Shown: positions 1 through 13,104 of the stretch, one piece after another
Layout: every line of letters starts with the position of its first letter
How positions within the stretch are numbered: position 1 is the first letter of the stretch
Source: Octopus bimaculoides
Taxonomy: Eukaryota
NCBI RefSeq assembly: GCF_001194135.2
Contig: NC_068987.1
Location: forward strand, 98,672,610-98,729,416
DNA length: 56,807 nt
Reading direction: 5' to 3'
Notes under the pieces: model-generated
The model's database searches: none
Seen by the model: the letters and a program-made list of their open reading frames with translations, nothing else
Told to the model about the DNA's origin: nothing
Program-made: the position numbers and the translations under genes

Positions 1-199
1 ATATATATACGCTTAATTAAATATATACTCATATGCATGTGTATTTAGGCACACACACATATGTATATGTGTGTGTGAGTGTGTGTGTATATGTGACAGG
101 TATAAATGTAAGTATGCATATAGGGACAGGGTGTGACTTTGAGGAAACTAATTTAATAAAACAATACTGACAAAAACCAAATATAATTTTTACATAAAT

Positions 200-710
200 T
201 TGTGCACATGTTCTCGATAAGACTCCTTCAATGACTGCTTCCATGGGGAACCGAAATCATATCGTCCGTATACAATTCTGACATCACCTGGACAATGGTG
301 GCCTTCAGTGAAGCCATAATATTGTGAGGATATCGATTAATCTTCCTTTGCAAATCATAAGTTTTGCATTACATGATCGTAAATGTTGTCTGACATTCAT
401 TCATTCATGGGATGCTCGTTTGTGAAACGTCACTTACCATTCCTATCACAGTTGCTCACCTTGAAAACATCAGAACGTTCTGATCATAACCATCTATCAA
501 TTCTTCTGTTAGATTTTTGGTCTTACTCCAAAAGTTTTTTTCTTCATGATCAGGGCAAAACCAAAGCGAACGATATTCGTAATTTTTGTTGCAAATTTTC
601 TTAATCGCAATGTTCCGTATGCATAGCTACAATGAGTGCATGTTTTTTTTGCATTTCTTCTGTTAACATCTTATCTGCCACGGTGTATCTGAAAGAAATA
701 AAACCTTTTA
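200..710 (-). mobile_element. Decayed maT/DD37D-like mariner remnant (C-terminal part, internally deleted)
   Basis: Minus-strand fragments HNIMASLKATIVQVMSEL...MEAVIEG resemble the C-terminus of maT-type transposases (H-N-x-x-S-L-K-x-x-I...EAVIEAxG). No clean TIR pair found. Confidence 0.4.
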
Positions 711-1689
711 ATTACTTTGAAGGGGGGTAATATACTAATAATGATATGATCTCAATTACTCTAGCATCCTATGCATAAAATGAAACTATCACAAAGAAAA
801 TTAGATACAAAACATCACAAATGATTGAAACTCCACCAACATTTATGTGTGTGTGTGTGTGTGTGTGTGGTATCCTTAGGCCAATATTGATCATATGTAT
901 CTTGGATCTGGAAATCCCTTGAAATATGTAAGAGCCCAGGGTACTATTTCTTATACACAAAACCCGCGGTTTTCCAAGAAATAAGTCTCTTAGTGCATAC
1001 CAACAAATGTGGTTTACAGGAAATGCTTATTTGTAAGTATAGGTGTATCCCGATAGCATGAGAACGAACTTTTTATATCTATGAAGTAATATATAGTATT
1101 TCGTTTCCTATTTTTGTATTCTTCAATATTAATGCTGTTCTCTATATAAGTTCTTTTTCGAAGCCACCACCTTGTAATATGTCGACATTGTCACAGGATT
1201 TCCTCTGCAAAATATAAACTGGATGTGTGCTTACTAATTTTATGAACTAATTTAATAATATTAACTAGACTATGAATATACAGAAGTTTAATAGAAATAA
1301 CATTAAAGAACCTACATTTGTACCAAAAATTTCTTTGATTCCACATCCAGGATAATGTGTTCCAGAACGAACACATAAAACTCTTCACCTCTTTGTCATT
1401 CAAACACGCACATTATCTACCAACTTAATGACAACTCTCCTTGTAATGTTTTAATTTTTCTTGCTAGATTTTCTCTAACAAAATAACCGCGAAATAAAGA
1501 AAGAACTTTATTTTGAAAGAATTTTTCAGAAAAACACGTTATCTTCTTAGTGGCAAAACGTATTTGGTGTTAATCGGATAATAAAATTAGCAAGTAAAAA
1601 TACGATTGGTCTATTAGGGAATATAGGTATATGTATTTTAATGGCTACAAAAATATTAATATCTGTTTAATCCTGAAATTATAGAGGAA

Positions 1690-1810
1690 TGGGATAAGTC
1701 GACTATATTCCTCTGAGTGCTTAGCTGGTCTTTATTTTATCGAAACCGAAATGATGAAAACTAATGCTGACTTCGAACTGAAAACGTAAAATCACGAAAA
1801 TTCCTGAATG
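1690..1810 (-). mobile_element. Degraded SINE family A fragment
   Basis: Reverse complement resembles the family A core (ttttcatc...ttcgataaaataaagaccagct...agtcgact); heavily mutated. Confidence 0.35.
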
Positions 1811-2317
1811 CTTATGATTATGCCAGCTCATCTCCTTGGCAACATAGTCTAATAACATCGTCTTAGAGCATTTTGTAATTTTAAATAAAAGATGGGTGTT
1901 TGCAAAACCTTCAAGCTATTATGTGCTAAGAAATATCCGAATACTGAATTTCAAAAATATGAATTAGAGACGCCGTAATGGTCATATAGTAAAGAATTAA
2001 ATAAATAAATAAAAGTTAGGTATTTGTCTAATTTAATACTGTCAGAACATTCTTTTTTGCGTCTTACAATGTTCAAAACTGCTTAGATAGGTTTTTATTA
2101 GTCATTACATGAATATGTCAAGTGTCCTGCATTTGTTAATTGACGCAATTTATCAAATCATTATTATCAATCACATTTCAGTATCATTACGAATACTCTG
2201 CTTTCCTTCGTCTGAATTACGCGAAACTCTTGAGTAACGATTCCAGAAACACTGCTTCCAACAAAATGCGCTGACATCACATTCTCTATTCAAATCTTTG
2301 CCTCCGGTGTGAACATA

Positions 2318-2360
<43 letters not shown>

Positions 2361-2394
2361 ATGTGTGTGTATATGTATGTGTGTGTGTGTGCGT

Positions 2395-2556
2395 GCGTAT
2401 GTGTTTGTCTCCACCACCTCTTGACTATCGGTTTACGTCTTCGGCAAAAGTGACAGGTAGACTAAAAAAAAAATGTATGGGTCGATTAATTCGACTAAAA
2501 TTCCTTCAAAGCGGTACTCCAGCATGGCCACAGTCTAATGATTGAAACAAGAAAGA
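2395..2556 (+). mobile_element. SINE family B, 3-prime module only, after a (TG)n tract
   Basis: gtttacgtcttcggcaaaag...gggtcgattaattcgactaaa...gcggtactccagcatggccacagtctaatgattgaaacaag matches the 3-prime module of the intact copies at 38530 and 50342. Confidence 0.7.
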
Positions 2557-2583
2557 GACAAACGAATAAAGATGCACACACAC

Positions 2584-2621
<38 letters not shown>

Positions 2622-2919
2622 TATNNNNNNNNNNNNNNNNNNNNNNNNNNNNNNNNNNNNNNNNNNNNNNNNNNNNNNNNNNNNNNNNNNNNNNNNNNNN
2701 NNNNNNNNNNNNNNNNNNNNNNNNNNNNNNNNNNNNNNNNNNNNNNNNNNNNNNNNNNNNNNNNNNNNNNNNNNNNNNNNNNNNNNNNNNNNNNNNNNNN
2801 NNNNNNNNNNNNNNNNNNNNNNNNNNNNNNNNNNNNNNNNNNNNNNNNNNNNNNNNNNNNNNNNNNNNNNNNNNNNNNNNNNNNNNNNNNNNNNNNNNNN
2901 NNNNNNNNNNNNNNNNNNN

Positions 2920-3246
2920 TTGTAAGTGGACTTGGTAGACGGAAACTGAAAGAAGCCCGTCGTATATATGTATATATATATATACGGTGGTGCATCAGCA
3001 TGGCCGCAGCTCTGAGCTGAAACTTTGAAATGAAAAAAAAATATGTGTGTTTGTGTATCTGTGTTTGTTCTAGCATTGCTTGACAACCGGTGCTGGTGTG
3101 TTTAGGTCCCCGTAACTTAGCGGTTCGGCAAAAAGACCGATAGAATAAGTACTAGGCTTACAAAGAATAAGTCCCGGGGTCGATTTGCTCGACTAAAGGT
3201 GGTGCTCCAGCATGGCCGCAGTCAAATGACTGAAACAAGTAAAAGA

Positions 3247-3247
<1 letters not shown>
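2920..3247 (+). mobile_element. Composite SINE family B (5-prime head lost in N gap)
   Basis: ggtagacggaaactgaaagaagcccgtcg, then (TA)n/(TG)n, then the 3-prime module ending ccagcatggccgcagtcaaatgactgaaacaagtaaaagag. Confidence 0.85.
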
Positions 3248-3292
<45 letters not shown>

Positions 3293-3848
3293 TTTGTATT
3301 CAGTGTGATTTTGTGTTGAGAAAGGCAGTAGTAACGATTGTAATATGATGTTAATATAAAATTAGAGAATGTGGCGCTAGTAGTAGCAGTAGTAGTAGTA
3401 CTAGTAGTAGTAGTAGTAGCAATAGTAGTAGTAGGAGCAGTAGTTGTTGTTGTTGTTGTTGTCGTCGTTATTGTGAGTCGCGGATTTGGTAACGGCGGGG
3501 GAGAGGCGAATGAATTCTAACTTACCAACCGTGGTCTTCAATGACATAAAGAAGAAACAAGGACAATGAATCTTTGAATGAATATGCGAACAAAGGATTA
3601 AAGTTTCTAGAATGTTAGAATGACTGGGCGAATAAAGAAAGGAACGGATCATAAAAGAATGTAGGAATGAATGAAAGAATAGAATAATAGGGGAAGGAAA
3701 TAATTTCACAAGATTTAGAATTAAAAATGTATTCTAATTCATCTTCCTCATTATCATTAGCCGCAGCCGCTGAGACATCCCCACCATCACCCCTACGACC
3801 ATCGTCGCCCTTATGCTTTTATCTTAGTCTTTTCTATCTATCTGCCTA

Positions 3849-3879
<31 letters not shown>

Positions 3880-4599
3880 ATCTTCACACACATAAACATG
3901 CGCACACATACATTTAGAATAATCTGGATAGCTTCATAACGTGCATTTGAAAGCTCCTGTACATTGGCTATCACATGCCTCTCTACTGCAGGATACTGTC
4001 CAAGGCTGGATAAATATGTGGAACTCCGCTATTGTATGGGATATAAGAATTATACAGTGTAAGGATATTGTATGGATATACAAATTGTATAACGAAGAAG
4101 GAAATTAGCAGGCTTTAATAGCGAATCACATTTGTTTCTGCAACGGACAGCAGCTTTAAGTTGTTGAGTTCACATGAATAGATCATTATATCAGATTAAA
4201 GGTTAGGATTACTGCATAATCAAATATTGTTCAGCAGCAGCTGTGTATAGTTGCTTTCTCGGGTGCAATGCGATCGGGTACTGTCGGATCTCTAAGAGTT
4301 TCCTCAGATATACCTTGTTTATTACTCTCCCCCATTCAGTTCCATCGAATCGAAGTTTGCAACTGTAAGTTGGTGTCCTGTGCATAAGCAAATCTGACTT
4401 ACTATTAAAACCAGCTATTTTCTTTCTTAGAGATATATTATTTTCCATCTTCGAGATGTGTGTGTGTGTGTGTGCATGCATGCATGCGTGCATATATGTG
4501 TGTGTGTTTGTGTATGCGAACATCCAATATATATGGCTGTAAAATACATTACTTTCTTTCAAGACCACGTGTTACTAGATTAACTCTCGCATATAACAC

Positions 4600-4905
4600 A
4601 TCATAAGTGATGTTTCCAGGAGCGATTGGGTATTTCGAGTCTTTCAGTAATTAGACATTTTCCTCCAGGCGATCCAGTGATAATAAAGTTCCAGTTTGTA
4701 TCCAGTTAATATTACCCCTTTCAAGTTCTCAAATTTCCTGGTCTACATCCACTGCATCTACATCCACCTCGTCTCTGCTGACGTTCTGCCCACTGGTCCA
4801 TATAATGTCCAACATATTGTATCCTCTACAAAGAGCCTGGCTTGCAAATCCCCTCCGTTACGCCTCAATGGGATCACACTCATTGTTTTAAGCAACTCCG
4901 TAAGT
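4600..4905 (-). mobile_element. 3-prime end of a NeSL/HERO-like non-LTR retrotransposon (decayed)
   Basis: Minus-strand PIEA*RRGFASQALCRGYNMLDI resembles the P-x-E-V-G-C-R-G-F terminal RLE motif. It is followed by a 3-prime-UTR-like ctggatcgcctggaggaaaatgtc...gaaagactcgaaatacc...acatcact that I recall from HERO/NeSL elements. Confidence 0.5.
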
Positions 4906-4919
4906 AAAAGAGTAAAGAC

Positions 4920-5222
4920 TCTCTTCAGTCACGAATGACCGTGGGATTGCATCTAGAAATTTCCCCTCTGAGGCACAAGTCTGGGCAAAGTTTTTTGTGG
5001 AAGACAAGCAGTCGCGCATCCATACTGGCCACCGCTCTCCACTCCACCGATGTTGTCCAAGGAACAGGCAGAAGCCGATACAGCTTGGTACAAGTGATGC
5101 CGCAGCTCATTTCTACAGCTGAGTGAACTGGAGCCAGTACACAACACACATCCTGGGAATCGAACTCACACCCACGCGATTGTGAGCCCGATGCTCAAAA
5201 TTGTGAGGCATGTGCCTTCAAC
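4920..5222 (-). mobile_element. tRNA-derived SINE family C variant (tail Y)
   Basis: Minus strand has a B-box gtgagttcgattccc and body ccagttcactcagctgtagaaatgag, shared with the copy at 18849, followed by a different tail. Confidence 0.6.
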
Positions 5223-6954
5223 TTCATAAAATTTATTTTATTTTTTTATTTAAAATACAGCATATTTTATTTACTTCCTTTCATTCATGGTCTCAGTGCG
5301 GTCTTTCTAGGGAGTGGCGAGTTCTAACAGATTTGTCTGCATAGATGTTCTAAAATCAGCTCCATGCATGGCTTTAAGTGATGTTGATGCAACAGTTTCA
5401 GGGAACTTCATCTGCTTCCATATATAGGTATTTATGGTAATGTGGCTGTGGAGAACGACGAAAGAACACACAAAAAAGGAAAAAAAAAAAACAGGAAAAA
5501 TACACAAACTTACCCCTCATCAATATGTGCGTGTGTTTTTGCACTCAGAAACACACACAAACACACACACATACACACACACAAACACACACACAAACTC
5601 ACAGACGGACTGACAGATAGACAAATAGATAGATAGACAAATAAATTGTCAGACAGACAGACATATAGATGGAGATTAATATTTGTTTACGCAATTATAT
5701 ATAAAAAAACAATTTACTATTAAATTAAAGGATTATTCATTTTTAGCAGAACACATATTTATTAATCTTTTACAAGGAAAAAGATTGACTGTAACATCGA
5801 AGTTTCTACTTCCTCGCCTCCATCAAACGCTCCGACATGTGTGTGTGTGTGCGAGCGCGCACATATGTGTGTATGCGCGTTTATGTGTTAGAGAACGTAT
5901 GTGTATATACAAAGAAGCATGTATGTGGATGTGTGTGTATGAAAATAGTATGTAGGTTGTACAAAATTGATGTGGAGATGGAAATTACACGTCCTCTTAG
6001 GAACAGCAGCTACCTTCGGTTTAGAATCAAATCTTAATTTCTTGAGAAATAAAAGACGTATTTGATAATATAGTCCAAAGACTGTATTCGTCACTGCAAT
6101 GTAGTAAAAATGTTGTGTTGGTCATGGCCAGAATGCAATTCATCATTATGCTTGTCTAAACTCGGATGTGACAAATGGCATGGGTGTGTGCTATGCAACA
6201 AACCAACAATCCTTCCCATTCTCATCGTTCTTTTCTTCCACATCATCATCCTCCTATTCATTATTATTATTATCATGTTCTTTATGAATACCATTCTCGA
6301 GTTTTTCATCACCACAATCATGAACATCATCTCCATTATTATCATTATCCGTTTTTGCGGCACTCCTACCACATTGTATGCCCTTGTGACGAACAACTAT
6401 TACAATACTATTCTCCTGGCTTTTTTTTTTTTTTCATTCTTTGAATCACCTTCCCCAACCCGACTCAACCATTTCCCTCTCATGCATGGTTGCTGGGTGA
6501 GGTGGAATCCAAGCGAGTGGTAGATCTAGAATTCTTCCATCACCAACATCACATTGTTCGTGTAAGCCTGTCATATTGTCATGACATTAGAATATGACAA
6601 ACGGACAAACATCAAAGCTTACTCCAGCGAAATACGTACGTATATATCGTGTTGAAAAATTCTATTAAGCGAGATTATCGCTGTTTGACAAAATTGTTTG
6701 GCAAAAACTTTCTCTAGGTTTGTTTAAAATCAAATATATAAATGAAATAAAAATAAAGCCAATAATAATAATAATAATAATCATAATCATAATAATACTA
6801 ATAAAACAAGGGCAATAACTCCAATAAAATCATCTCGTTGACTAGATTTGATAATATCCGACAATCTTCCTGTCACCTTGTTCAGAAACATATTCACTTC
6901 CTCTCTTTTCACATTATTTACATTTACACCATTCGACAAACTCACACTTGCACA

Positions 6955-7110
<156 letters not shown>

Positions 7111-7579
7111 CATATGTATATCGCTGTTGTTAATAATAATAATGATAACAGCAATAATATTACCTCTTTTACTTTCACATGCTATGTTATTTCCATTTCA
7201 ATGTTACTGTTCTTTTACTCGCTTTTCAATTTTTTTAACTTATCCTATCAATGACTTGTTTAGAAGAGATCAAGATGTCTACCAGATTATACAGATATTT
7301 TCATTTCCTGGCTTTGATATGACATATGTGTTGTTCCGTTTGATCACTTTATCGGTTTGAACTGATGCATCTCATGTCATATACAAATATATCCTGTCAT
7401 GATATATCTATTGTCGTATACATACTAGGTTTGGTACATGTTTATGCTACGGAATCACAATTCTTATGTTGATGAGAGGATGGCATTTTGCTCAATGGTC
7501 ATCACTCATGTCTTGGAACATTATAATTGTTGTTGTTATTGGATTGACAATATGGTAAATACGTGTGAAAATTACCAAG

Positions 7580-8575
7580 CAGTAATCGTTCTGGTTCTTT
7601 ATGTTCCAGATTCAAATCCTTCCGATCTCAAATTTGACATTCGACCTTTTCATTATCGATAAAATATAGGCTGTACGGCCTAAATTTGACAGTTTGCATA
7701 AAAGAAAAGAAAACGCAATATTCTATCCAAAAATAAAAGTATTTTAAAAAGTCAAAATACATCAACTAGGTTATGGATGAGAGATAACAGTTTACTCAAA
7801 GTAGCCGGCCTCAGCTTCGACCATGTCCTCAAGACAGCCCCGGAACTTGGTGCAGGCATTTCTAACTGTATATCTGGGAAGATCATGGAACACCTTATTG
7901 ATCTTAGCCAACAGCTTGGCTTTTGTGTAGCAAGCAGAGCGGGCTTTTTCAACTGCGTCTCACAGATAGTGATCCATTGGATTACAATTGGGATACATAG
8001 GAGGCCAGAAATTAGGGCTGGTGATGTAGTAGAAATTCTTCGATAAAAACCTCTGCCTTTTTTACGGAGGTATGACAAGGAGCACACACACATGGCTTTC
8101 CAGCAGCCACTACCTCCAGCCAGGCTTTGCTCACAATCTCAAGCAACTTCACATAACCGCTTTGAATTGTGCCTAAAGCCCCGTCCAAACATATAGGACG
8201 GCATAATGTCACCCTTACTGAAGATCCAGCCATAGACTATCGCAGTTTGGAGGAACTTAGTTTTCATGATGCCCATGTCACGTGTTACACAGCCTTTAGA
8301 ATGTTCACAGAGCATCAAGCAGCAGTCATGATGTTGGCGTTTTGATAACCGGATGAATCGTAATGGCCTAGGTAACTCGTTCCTAATATTCTCATGGATT
8401 CCAGTTTTCTATGTCAGCTAACATTTTCTCAACCATAACTTTAATCTTTATGCTCTCCAATACTGTTCACCAATACTGGAAGCTGTTCCTATAAAAAGGG
8501 GACTTAAAAATCGTCAAATTTAGTCCGAACACCCTGTAAAATACCAGGCTAGTATTGGGGTCGATATCAAATAAC
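7580..8575 (+). mobile_element. Old SINE family A copy split by the mariner at 7667-8536
   Basis: Left piece ctttatgttccagattcaaatcc...ttttcattatcgataaaata and right piece aaataccaggctagtattggggtcgatatc rejoin into the family A order (tcgataaaataagtaccagttg...ctggggtcgat). Confidence 0.6.
7667..8536 (-). mobile_element. Internally deleted maT/DD37D-type Tc1/mariner transposon with TIRs and TA target duplication
   Basis: TIRs taggctgtacggcctaaatttgac (7667) and reverse complement cagggtgttcggactaaatttgac (8536) match at 20/24. TA flanks at 7665-7666 and 8537-8538. Minus-strand fragments include KTKFLQTAIVYG, APCHTSVKK, WPPMYPNCNPMDHY (WPPxSPDLNPLDY-like) and ACTKFRGCLEDMVEAEAGYFE*. Stops and frameshifts present. 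Confidence 0.85.
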
Positions 8576-8628
8576 ACCGCTTTTTCAATTATGTTGAAAA
8601 GATTATCCTCATCATTATTGTTATCATT

Positions 8629-8836
8629 AGCAAGCTGGTAGAATCGTTAGCAATCCGAGCGAAATGCTTGGCGGTATTTCGCCCTAACGCTAGGTTCTGA
8701 GTTAAAATTCAGCCGAGGTCTACTTTACCTTTCGTGCTTTCGGTATCAAGAAATTAATTACCAGTTGCATACTGGGTCGATCTAATCGACTGGCCCTTCC
8801 CCAACAATTTCAAGCTGTGTGCTTATAATGGAAAGG

Positions 8837-8910
<74 letters not shown>

Positions 8911-9118
8911 CATTATTATTATTATTATTATTGAGCTAGCAGAATCGTTAGTACGCCTGACAAAATGCTTAACAGCATTTCGTTCATCTGTACGTTCTGA
9001 GTTCAAATTCCGCGGAGGTCGACTTTGCCTTTTATCCTTTAGGGTTCGATGAAATAAGCACCTTTTATGCACTGGGATAGATGTAATCGAGTAGACCCCT
9101 CACCTTGTGTCGAAATAG
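8629..9118 (+). mobile_element. Head-to-tail pair of SINE family A copies (8629-8838 and 8932-9118) joined by an (ATT)n tract
   Basis: Each copy has an A-box-like tgg/tagcagaatcg, a B-box-like gagttcaaattcc and the gtcgactttgcctttcatcctttcggggtcgataaa-type core. (ATT)n spans 8838-8930. Confidence 0.85.
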
Positions 9119-9395
9119 CGGCACATAATTATTTCTTGTTCTACTTAACCATACTCTGCCCATATATGTTCTGAAATGAAATCTTACCGCGTTTACTATA
9201 ACGTAACCTGTTATATACTGGTCACGTGTTAATGCAATTTCCAGTTTATTGTAACCTCACTCTCAATTTCTTATGTTCCAATGTCAAACTGCTATAGTTA
9301 TATGTTTATCTGCTAGATTATTTTGTATTGTATTATCGATGCTTCTGATATTGAATATTCATTAATAATATATTTCGTTTATTTTCTTTCGACAG

Positions 9396-10014
9396 GAACC
9401 AAATGCCGGTGACAATTAAGGGGCAGATAACCATGGAGAAAACACCAAGTTATTTTATTACGCGAGATGTTCCTCGTCGAATCCACAGCATGTCAAAAGA
9501 TGTGAAGTTAATCGTCGTTGTTCGCGACCCGGTCACCCGTGCAATTTCTGATTATACACAGACTATGACCAAACGACACACTATACGGCAATTCGAACAA
9601 ATGGCATTTGTGAATAACAGCACTCGGATTGTGGACACGTCCTGGGGAGCAATTCGTATAGGTGTCTACGCTAAACATCTTCAGTCATGGTTGAAATATT
9701 TTCCACTTGAACAAATGCATTTTGTAAGCGGGGAGAAACTAATATCAGATCCTGCAGGAGAAATGACGTTATTACAAGATTTTCTCGGACTTAAAAGAGT
9801 CATAAACGAAAAACATTTTTTCTTTAATGAAACAAAGGGGTTTCCTTGTCTGAAAAAAGTTGAAGGCAGTGGCCATCCGCACTGCTTAGGTAAAACTAAA
9901 GGACGACAACATCCAGTTATAGATTCACGTGTAATACAAAGGTTAAGAGATTTTTATCGACCATTTAACACAAAGTTTTATAGCATGGCCAAACGGAATT
10001 TTGAATGGCCTTGA
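9396..10014 (+). CDS. HS3ST: Terminal coding exon of heparan sulfate glucosamine 3-O-sulfotransferase (HS3ST2/3/4/6 - Hs3st-B group); partial CDS, exon 1 outside the window
   Basis: Open frame [20 protein letters not shown]...[17 protein letters not shown] (3-prime phosphate-binding motif)...[13 protein letters not shown]...[11 protein letters not shown]...[13 protein letters not shown]...LRDFYRPFN...FEWP*. Acceptor tttattttctttcgacag ends at 9395 in phase 2, at the position where vertebrate two-exon HS3ST genes split (W-Y-R / x-x-M-P). Stop TGA at 10012-10014. KTKGR rather than KSKGR suggests the HS3ST3-like group. Confidence 0.96.
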
Positions 10015-10078
10015 TACAGGTACATTGCTTTGCTGGGTTGAGTATGATTTTCTAATCGTTGTTCGTTTGTTTAGGAGG

Positions 10079-10084
10079 AATAAA
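10079..10084 (+). promoter_or_regulatory. Candidate polyadenylation signal for HS3ST
   Basis: First AATAAA after the stop codon; another at 10659-10664. The hexamer is common in AT-rich DNA, so usage is unproven. Confidence 0.3.
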
Positions 10085-10375
10085 TGAATTTATGAAGAAA
10101 AACAGAACAAAGGTACAAACGATAAGAGAGAAAAAAAAACACTACAACTTTTTTTCTGTTACTCGTACGTAAACTTCAACTGGATGTACAAATGAAGTTG
10201 TACTGCTTCTTATTGATTTTTCAGATTAATATAAGGAATATTATTTTGTTGAACATGAAGGGTTCCTATTCTAAAGAACGATGATTTTTGTATACGCATA
10301 CATCAATATATGCGTACAAAAAGGCGCACATGCATATGTATGTTTATATAAATATTTGTTTTATTGTATGTATGC

Positions 10376-10420
10376 ATATATATATATATATATATGATTA
10401 TATATATGTGTATATATAAT

Positions 10421-10484
<64 letters not shown>

Positions 10485-10517
10485 TATATATATGTGCGTA
10501 TATATAATCAAATATAT

Positions 10518-10552
<35 letters not shown>

Positions 10553-10575
10553 CATACACATACATACATATATGT
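10376..10575. repeat. (TA)n-rich compound microsatellite downstream of the HS3ST stop
   Basis: Directly visible. Confidence 0.95.
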
Positions 10576-12103
10576 ACATGACATGGCTGGCTGGATGTAA
10601 GAACACATGCATGCTTAGGTGTATGTGAGGCATTATTGCATGCATATGCATATATGAAAATAAACATGATGTATTTTGTTCCAAACTCATGCATGCACAA
10701 AGTGGATTATTAAGTGTTGTGCATGAATATAAATATATAAATAGATATTAAGAAACGCATAATTTTTCGCACTAGCAGAAGGAAGTTTGCATTTACACAC
10801 AAATATACGCCCATAGACACAAACCTCTGCCCACACGTACGTACATTTCATGTATATATATTATATATATGTAAATTATATATATATATATNNNNNNNNN
10901 NNNNNNNNNNNNNNNNNNNNNNNNNNNNNNNNNNNNNNNNNNNNNNNNNNNNNNNNNNNNNNNNNNNNNNNNNNNNNNNNNNNNNNNNNNNNNNNNNNNN
11001 NNNNNNNNNNNNNNNNNNNNNNNNNNNNNNNNNNNNNNNNNNNNNNNNNNNNNNNNNNNNNNNNNNNNNNNNNNNNNNNNNNNNNNNNNNNNNNNNNNNN
11101 NNNNNTATATATATATATATATATATATTATATACATTTGTATGAAAATATATTTATATTAGTATATGTAATATACGAAGTTGCATATGCAGATGCACAT
11201 ATATCTCTTTTATGCTTACATGCACACGTATATATGTGTACATGCTTGTTGTTCGAGTGGTCGTGCGTGTATATGCATGTGTACATGAATATTTACACTC
11301 ATACATGCATATGTATATAGCTACCAACTTATGCATTACATCATACACTCCAAAATATTCATTGCAATATATTACTTGCAAAAAAAAGAAAAAAAAAACA
11401 AAAAAAAAGGTGGGGGTGTGGAATCGCATGTATACATATCTATTCATAAGAACCCTGTATATACATAAATCTGCGTACTTAAATCTTTATACATGGTCGT
11501 TCATATTGAAACACGTACGCACATACACCAACCAACACATTTATGACATTGAAAATTACACATAAATATTATTATGCATACACGTTTATGTAAAACCGTC
11601 CAACTTCCATCCAGATCCAAAATGACAATACAGAATGTTTACCGTATGTGTGTGTCCACTATATATTTCTATACGTTCCCTAAATTTTATCCATATTGGA
11701 TAACCATACAAGAAAAAAAAAGTATATATATATATAAACATGAAAGCTTATTCGCATAACATTTTAATTTAATTCAATGGTGCGTGAAATGTACTGTAAC
11801 ATTTTTGAGAGGATAACATTATAGTAGAAGGTTGAAGTAAGAATATGGAAAGTAAAAAAAAAAAAAAATGAAATAAAATATGTAATATTTAGATAAAGCA
11901 TATACGGCATATTGAACACCGAATTTTTAATGGCAACGGATCGACAAAAAACAACAGCAGTAATATCACCATACTACTACTACTACTACTACTACTCAAG
12001 CCAAGATCAAAATAGTCGCTCGACTTATTAGAGAAAGCATACAAGTCACTTTCAAATTACACCGCACAATATCCACCTCGGACCACATGTACACATGTAA
12101 AAT

Positions 12104-12160
<57 letters not shown>

Positions 12161-12755
12161 AACATACACACAAACATATATGTATATATATTATATACGA
12201 ATACATACATATTACATTCATATATGTGTGGGTGTGTGTATTGGACTGGTGCAATTGCTTGAGTGTCAGGCAAAAAAAAGCATTGCGGTGCAAGACTCGG
12301 TGCTTTGCGTTCTGAGATCAAATCTCGAGGAGGTCATCATTGTCTTTCATTCCTCCTAAGTCTTCAAAGTAACAGTTAAACGAGACGAATTCGCATATCT
12401 TTTAGATCTTTAATCATCATTTTTTGCGATACTTGTTTGGGACTTTTAAACCCAGTATTACCACGCTGGTGTGCAACCATTTTCTTTATGGCTTTCAAAC
12501 TTCACTAGAAAAATTTCCTACCTACCTGCATCTTTGCCTACCTACATTCCTACCTACCTACATAACCCTACTTACTGATCTACCTATTTACAAACCTACT
12601 TATCTACCAACCTGCCCCTATACATTCGTGCATACATACATACATCTACTCACGCAAACACATTCGTACGCACGCGCACATACACACATATAGCTTAGTA
12701 AATACATTAAATTCAACAATTGGGAACCACAGCAATGATGATGATGATCATGATA

Positions 12756-12795
<40 letters not shown>

Positions 12796-12804
<9 letters not shown>

Positions 12805-13012
12805 TATTCAGACAAATACATAGCAAAAACACCAGGAATTACAAATATATATAACATACAGAAAATTGCACTACCGGGCACTGCACACATCCTACGCAAA
12901 ACACTTTCAATACAGTAACCATAAGAGCACCACAGCAAACCACAGCACATACCCAAGGCGCACAGAGCTGCACTTGGTAGTGAAGTGAAAGCACGCTATA
13001 AAAACAGCACTA

Positions 13013-13068
<56 letters not shown>

Positions 13069-13070
13069 TC

Positions 13071-13104
<34 letters not shown>
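12796..13104 (+). mobile_element. 5-prime-truncated R4/Dong-like LINE (3-prime end) embedded in (TAA)n
   Basis: Encodes KYSDKYIAKTPGITNIYNIQKIALPGTAHILRKTLSIQ*, then a 3-prime UTR and (TAA)n tail. About 93% identical by manual count to the copy at 13345. (TAA)n lies on both sides. Confidence 0.9.

Noticed and set aside
4209-4568. 119-aa minus-strand ORF with a unique-looking C-terminal half
   Set aside because: It starts at a non-ATG codon, includes microsatellite-derived residues, and has no recognisable motif or splice support.
9403-10014. Stand-alone 203-aa single-exon gene or retrocopy starting at Met 9403
   Set aside because: It lacks the N-terminal PAPS-binding loop and is preceded by a canonical acceptor at a conserved intron position.
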